Assembly: GCA_018985225.1 (NCBI GenBank)
Contig: JADGIF010000367.1
Span: 1 to 9,975 of the forward strand
Reading direction: 5' to 3'
DNA length: 9,975 nucleotides
DNA from: Amoeboradix gromovi X-113
Lineage: Eukaryota; Fungi; Sanchytriomycota
Made by a program: the position numbers and the translations under genes. Each line of letters opens with the position of its first letter. Positions within the stretch are counted from its first letter, which is position 1. Of this stretch, positions 6,422-9,975 are shown piece by piece. The notes under the pieces were generated by a model that searched no databases, was not told the DNA's origin, and saw nothing but the letters and a program-made list of their open reading frames with translations.

Positions 6422-7042
6422 TCAACAAGTCATTTCAGTGATGGCCCTTTTCAGTTCTTCTTCAGAGCCAGTTGAAACTAGCTGCAAGTACGCATCAAAG
6501 TTCAAATTTGTCATGAATTTAATATAATCTTCCATATCGGCCAACAAATCTAGATATACTCGTAAATGTTTTAACACATTATCATTTTTGTCAAACAAGT
6601 ACTGGGGTATATGCAAATGATGTTTCTTATGATGACGATAGAGCTTTTCGTCTGTGTCATCGACTAAAACAAATCTTGGATATTTAATCTTGTCAATCAA
6701 CTCCAAATCTTTGAAGACGCTCCATGATTTCTCACCGTTAGGGTTATCTGTACATAGCGACCGATCCCAAATAAACTCAGGGGCATTTTTGGGCAGCAAA
6801 TCGGTCATCGCGATTGCATTTTCAAGTTTAGCCGATGTCCAGAACGAGTACATAAACGAATTACTTGATAACACATCCTCAACACCGGGTCTCAGATACA
6901 CAGCCCTGCCCTTTACGGAGCCCACAGAAATAGCTGAATCGGGAATGTCAATAGAGAAGTCGTCTTTTTTTCCTCTACCACGATGCATCAAAGTGCCATT
7001 GAGATCAAAAATTACCAGGAGCTTACTTTTCGAGATGGACAT
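6422..7042 (-). CDS. NIF/FCP1-homology HAD-family phosphatase-like protein (DLNGT variant), 206 aa
   Basis: LLVIFDLNGTL, VYLRPGV, FWTSAKLENA, FIWDRSLC, VFKDL and VLVDDT motifs. The track start at 7087 is TTG; the first ATG is at 7042. Confidence 0.9.
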   Translation of the reverse strand: MSISKSKLLVIFDLNGTLMHRGRGKKDDFSIDIPDSAISVGSVKGRAVYLRPGVEDVLSSNSFMYSFWTSAKLENAIAMTDLLPKNAPEFIWDRSLCTDNPNGEKSWSVFKDLELIDKIKYPRFVLVDDTDEKLYRHHKKHHLHIPQYLFDKNDNVLKHLRVYLDLLADMEDYIKFMTNLNFDAYLQLVSTGSEEELKRAITEMTC

Positions 7043-7140
7043 TCTCCTTGTTAAGCATTCAAATTTCAAAAATTGAGACAAGTTCAAAACTTCAGAATTA
7101 ACGATTTTATTAGCAAGGACTTAAAGGTTTCTTTAGAACA

Positions 7141-7368
7141 TTACTTAATTGAAGACAAGCATTTTTTTATGTGATGAATCCTCATTCCTAGTTCTTCCTT
7201 CAGGTCATACAACTCTTCGTTAAGTACCATAGCCTTTGATATTATTTCTGTACAATCGTCATCTGCAGGGTAGGTTTCTATTCCCAGTTCCATTTTTAAA
7301 CAGTCCACTATTTCTAGCACACGTTGTCTATCCTCATAAGTCAAATTCTTTGATAATTGAGTACTCAT
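7141..7368 (-). CDS. Small helical hypothetical protein (75 aa), possibly degenerate HLH-zipper
   Basis: ATG in A-rich context; the ORF fits intergenic space; two amphipathic helices separated by a P/D-rich loop. Confidence 0.6.
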   Translation of the reverse strand: MSTQLSKNLTYEDRQRVLEIVDCLKMELGIETYPADDDCTEIISKAMVLNEELYDLKEELGMRIHHIKKCLSSIK

Positions 7369-7643
7369 TTATTTTGAATTTATCTTCTCGCCTTTTTAAG
7401 CATTTTATACGCCAAATTCGAACCAATCGGAACTCTTTGACGTAGAAAAACGCCGATTTTGTCACTCAATGATTTCAAGTGATTGGTGTATTTCAGGATA
7501 TTGATAGACGGTTCATTGATAAAAATTATTTGTAGCATATTTTATCTAAGTCTCTGAGCCTGATTTCCGAAAATTCAGACGATAAATCTTTTTGCTGTTC
7601 GATTTTTTCGAAAAAGTCAAAAAATTGTGAAACTTTTAAAACG

Positions 7644-8090
7644 ATGATTCAATTTCTATTAGTTTTTAATAAGCAAGGTAAATTAAGATTAACCAGATGG
7701 TTCACTTCTACCAAATCGACACAGAAGATTTCCAAGAATGCAATTCAGTTGATTTTAAGTCACAACCACGGTAATATTATTGAAGAACAACAGTTTAAAC
7801 TCGTTTATAAGAAGTATGCGTCTTTATATTTTTGTGTGGGAATTGAAAAGACTGATAATGAATTAATTTCAATGGAAATTGTTCATCGATATGTAGAATG
7901 CCTTGATATGTACTTCGGGAACGTTTGTGAGCTGGATTTGATCTACAATTTCCACACCGCATACAAATGTTTGGATGAATTAATGATAGGCGGTATGCTA
8001 CACGAGACTTCCAAGCAGAAAGTGATTAAATCTTTGATGAAATCAGAGCAAGTTGAGAGAGAATTACAAGTTATGGAGCAAGTTCAATAA
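7644..8090 (+). CDS. APS1: Clathrin adaptor AP-1 complex sigma subunit
   Basis: MIQFLLVFNKQGKLRLTRWF, VYKKYASLYF, DNEL, HRYVECLDMYFGNVCELDLIYNF and ETSK motifs. The pattern fits sigma-1 better than sigma-2 or sigma-3. Confidence 0.92.
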   Translation: MIQFLLVFNKQGKLRLTRWFTSTKSTQKISKNAIQLILSHNHGNIIEEQQFKLVYKKYASLYFCVGIEKTDNELISMEIVHRYVECLDMYFGNVCELDLIYNFHTAYKCLDELMIGGMLHETSKQKVIKSLMKSEQVERELQVMEQVQ

Positions 8091-8131
8091 ATTTAATTAG
8101 CATTTAATTTTTAGGCCTTTGACTCTAAGAA

Positions 8132-8710
8132 ATGGTCAATCAATGCAAGTGGGGAGGGTGTCTCTATCAGGCTGAGGATCCATATGTGTTATTAAAACAT
8201 ACTCAGGATCATGTTGGCTTCAAGCGAAAAAAGACATTTACTGGAAAGTGCGAGTGGAAAGATTGCTATTTTACTAAAGACTCACGAGCTAAAATTAAGG
8301 AACACATTTCCAGTCACTTCCCATGCAGACCTTTTTCTTGCACAGGTTGCCCTTCTCGCTTCAAAAATCCTCGTCATTTGTCCAAACACGTAAAAGAAAA
8401 GCACACGGCCTTTATTGAGCCCTCTTTTACCGAAAAAGCTTTTAATGTGAAAAAAAAAGAAACAATACCAGTTGCAGCACATCTGGAAAAACAATATGAC
8501 ATTTTAGCACCAGCAAATGTTTCTATATTATCTCAAATATACGAGTATCCTACAATTCAAATCCGTGTTCCTGAGTGGAACCCACAAGTTCCAGTCTATA
8601 TTCCCATATATAGAGAGAACATGAACGAGTTGGCAGTTGAAAAACCACAGAAAAAGAAAGAAATAGAGATATCCGATGGAGACGATTTATTTTCCAGTTT
8701 CTTTGAATAA
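8132..8710 (+). CDS. Three-finger C2H2 transcription factor, PacC/Rim101-like (192 aa)
   Basis: CKWGGC...H...HVG, CEWKDC...H...H and RPFSCTGC...F...LSKHVK. This is the tandem CW-type finger layout of PacC/Rim101. A YPTI motif lies downstream. Confidence 0.85.
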   Translation: MVNQCKWGGCLYQAEDPYVLLKHTQDHVGFKRKKTFTGKCEWKDCYFTKDSRAKIKEHISSHFPCRPFSCTGCPSRFKNPRHLSKHVKEKHTAFIEPSFTEKAFNVKKKETIPVAAHLEKQYDILAPANVSILSQIYEYPTIQIRVPEWNPQVPVYIPIYRENMNELAVEKPQKKKEIEISDGDDLFSSFFE

Positions 8711-8720
8711 ATTTTGTCAT

Positions 8721-9518
8721 TTATTCAGAATTTGTTAAAACGTGTGCAATCTTGTTAATTCCTTCAAATGATCTTGTGAACACGAGTGGCAATTCTTGTA
8801 TTTTGCAAAAAGCAATTGCTTTTTGCAATGAGATATCCGAAATTGAAAGGTTTTTAGAGTCCATTGCTTTTAAAATGTTAAATAACAATGCTTGCACCGC
8901 AGCGTTTGAACCCTGTACCCAAATATAACCATTCTTGCCAAGCACTATGGAAGTGTCACCTCCCAGCTCAAGGAAGTGACTAGGGCAAGTCTTCACTAAA
9001 TTTGGCTTAACTTTTATTAGGACTCCTTTTTCTTTTTTCCCGTATCTTTCATTTCTAGTTTGTAAATTTATTGTTCCACCAACATTGATTTGCTGCACTT
9101 CAGCAACTATGATCTCATTTTCTTTGAAGTAAGTTCTCATCTGTAATTCATCTTCTTCAGTCTTTCTTCTTTGAACACCATCAGGGAGTCCAATAGATGT
9201 AAGCATCAGTTGACTAAGCTGCTCTCCTTGTATATCAATAAGCCATTTTTTCGGAACAATTTCCATAACTCTACCGACAACCACATCACCAGTATTTCCC
9301 TTATATCTCGAGTTGAGCGGGTGTACAATTATTAGTTTGTTTACAGATTCTACTTGACCGCATAAATTAGATTTTATATTTTCGGAATCACATTCAAGAT
9401 ATGTACCGTGCCCTCTCATGTAACTAAGGTCATTGGTTATAAACTCGCCATTAACTTTGACGCTTTCATAGGGGGCTACACTGTTGTTGTCGTTTTTTAA
9501 GTAGCCAATTGATATCAT
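8721..9518 (-). CDS. RRP4: Exosome complex cap subunit RRP4 (EXOSC2)
   Basis: YMRGHGTY, RYKGNTGDVVVGRV, RRKTEEDELQMRTYF, AEVQ and LGKNGYIW motifs. Confidence 0.96.
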   Translation of the reverse strand: MISIGYLKNDNNSVAPYESVKVNGEFITNDLSYMRGHGTYLECDSENIKSNLCGQVESVNKLIIVHPLNSRYKGNTGDVVVGRVMEIVPKKWLIDIQGEQLSQLMLTSIGLPDGVQRRKTEEDELQMRTYFKENEIIVAEVQQINVGGTINLQTRNERYGKKEKGVLIKVKPNLVKTCPSHFLELGGDTSIVLGKNGYIWVQGSNAAVQALLFNILKAMDSKNLSISDISLQKAIAFCKIQELPLVFTRSFEGINKIAHVLTNSE

Positions 9519-9897
9519 AGCGTTTTATCCTTTGAAAATATTTAGACCTAACTTTTTCGACGTATTTAGCGCCTAAGTTAAATGCAAAGTTGTCTTCCTA
9601 ACAGGGTATCTAAAAGTTTTTCGGTGAAGGTTAACTGCGTTTTTCCTCTCGAAAATGCTTTAATTTACATCAATATGAGACCCGTTTTGACAAAATGTCC
9701 CCATTTCTAAGTAGGAGAAACACTGGGTACCACACTAAGAATCCTACATCTTCGTGTGATCAGATACGAAATAAGGACATCAAGATAGAATACGAAAATG
9801 GTTATCGTTTGGAATATTGCAGCATATGCTTAAGTGCTTAGCAGCCAAGCTATTTTGAAAGAAATATTTCCAGTGCATTTTCATACTGAGAAAAGGC

Positions 9898-9975
9898 TTA
9901 ATGGCATATTATTGGACTAACATATCTTTCTAGGAGGTCCTCAAATTTCTGTTTCGCTTTCCTGTTATTCTGCCG
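9898..9975 (-). CDS. Possible C-terminal tail of a gene entering from the right edge
   Basis: Frame open from the edge: RQNNRKAKQKFEDLLERYVSPIICH*. Only 25 codons and no recognisable motif. Confidence 0.25.
   Translation of the reverse strand, partial: RQNNRKAKQKFEDLLERYVSPIICH

Noticed and set aside
7551-7575. TCTCTGAGCCTGATTTCCGAAAATT as a third copy of repeat X
   Set aside because: Short, needs gaps and lacks the TTTCCACAGAGAAAC core; compatible with chance in AT-rich DNA.
505-8494. Short antisense or nested ORFs (505-696, 754-945, 976-1221, 2063-2269, 4239-4526, 4903-5124, 6189-6401, 6654-7076, 7236-7445, 8211-8393, 8282-8494)
   Set aside because: These are shadows of well-supported genes or remnants, with no protein-family features.
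9695-9841. 48-aa plus-strand ORF ending in CSIC
   Set aside because: Too short and no family match; a lone CxxC is not sufficient evidence.

Overview
AT-rich, very gene-dense eukaryotic DNA with no evident introns in the recognisable genes. It is most likely from a reduced early-diverging fungus or relative (inference from PacC-like, MCU, snurportin and AP-1 sigma genes). MCU argues against a canonical mitosome-bearing microsporidian. The right two-thirds is tightly packed housekeeping genes: inositol polyphosphate kinase, MCU, RPB4, a NIF/FCP1-like HAD phosphatase, AP-1 sigma, a PacC/Rim101-like C2H2 factor, RRP4 and three hypothetical ORFs. The left ~2.4 kb holds a snurportin-1-like gene and traces of RNA-guided TnpB/Fanzor elements that the ORF track misses. 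These are (i) the 3' end of a Fanzor1-type ORF at 1-144 with a nested hairpin at the likely right end, and (ii) two tandem, codon-diverged zinc-ribbon/RuvC-III fragments of a TnpB/Fanzor2-type gene on the minus strand (1796-2000). The second set is followed by a foldable ~64-nt omegaRNA-like segment that abuts one copy of a duplicated integrase-like fragment. Family assignments come from manual motif recognition; no database searches or folding programs were run. Several ORF-track starts are TTG/GTG and were moved to the first plausible ATG.
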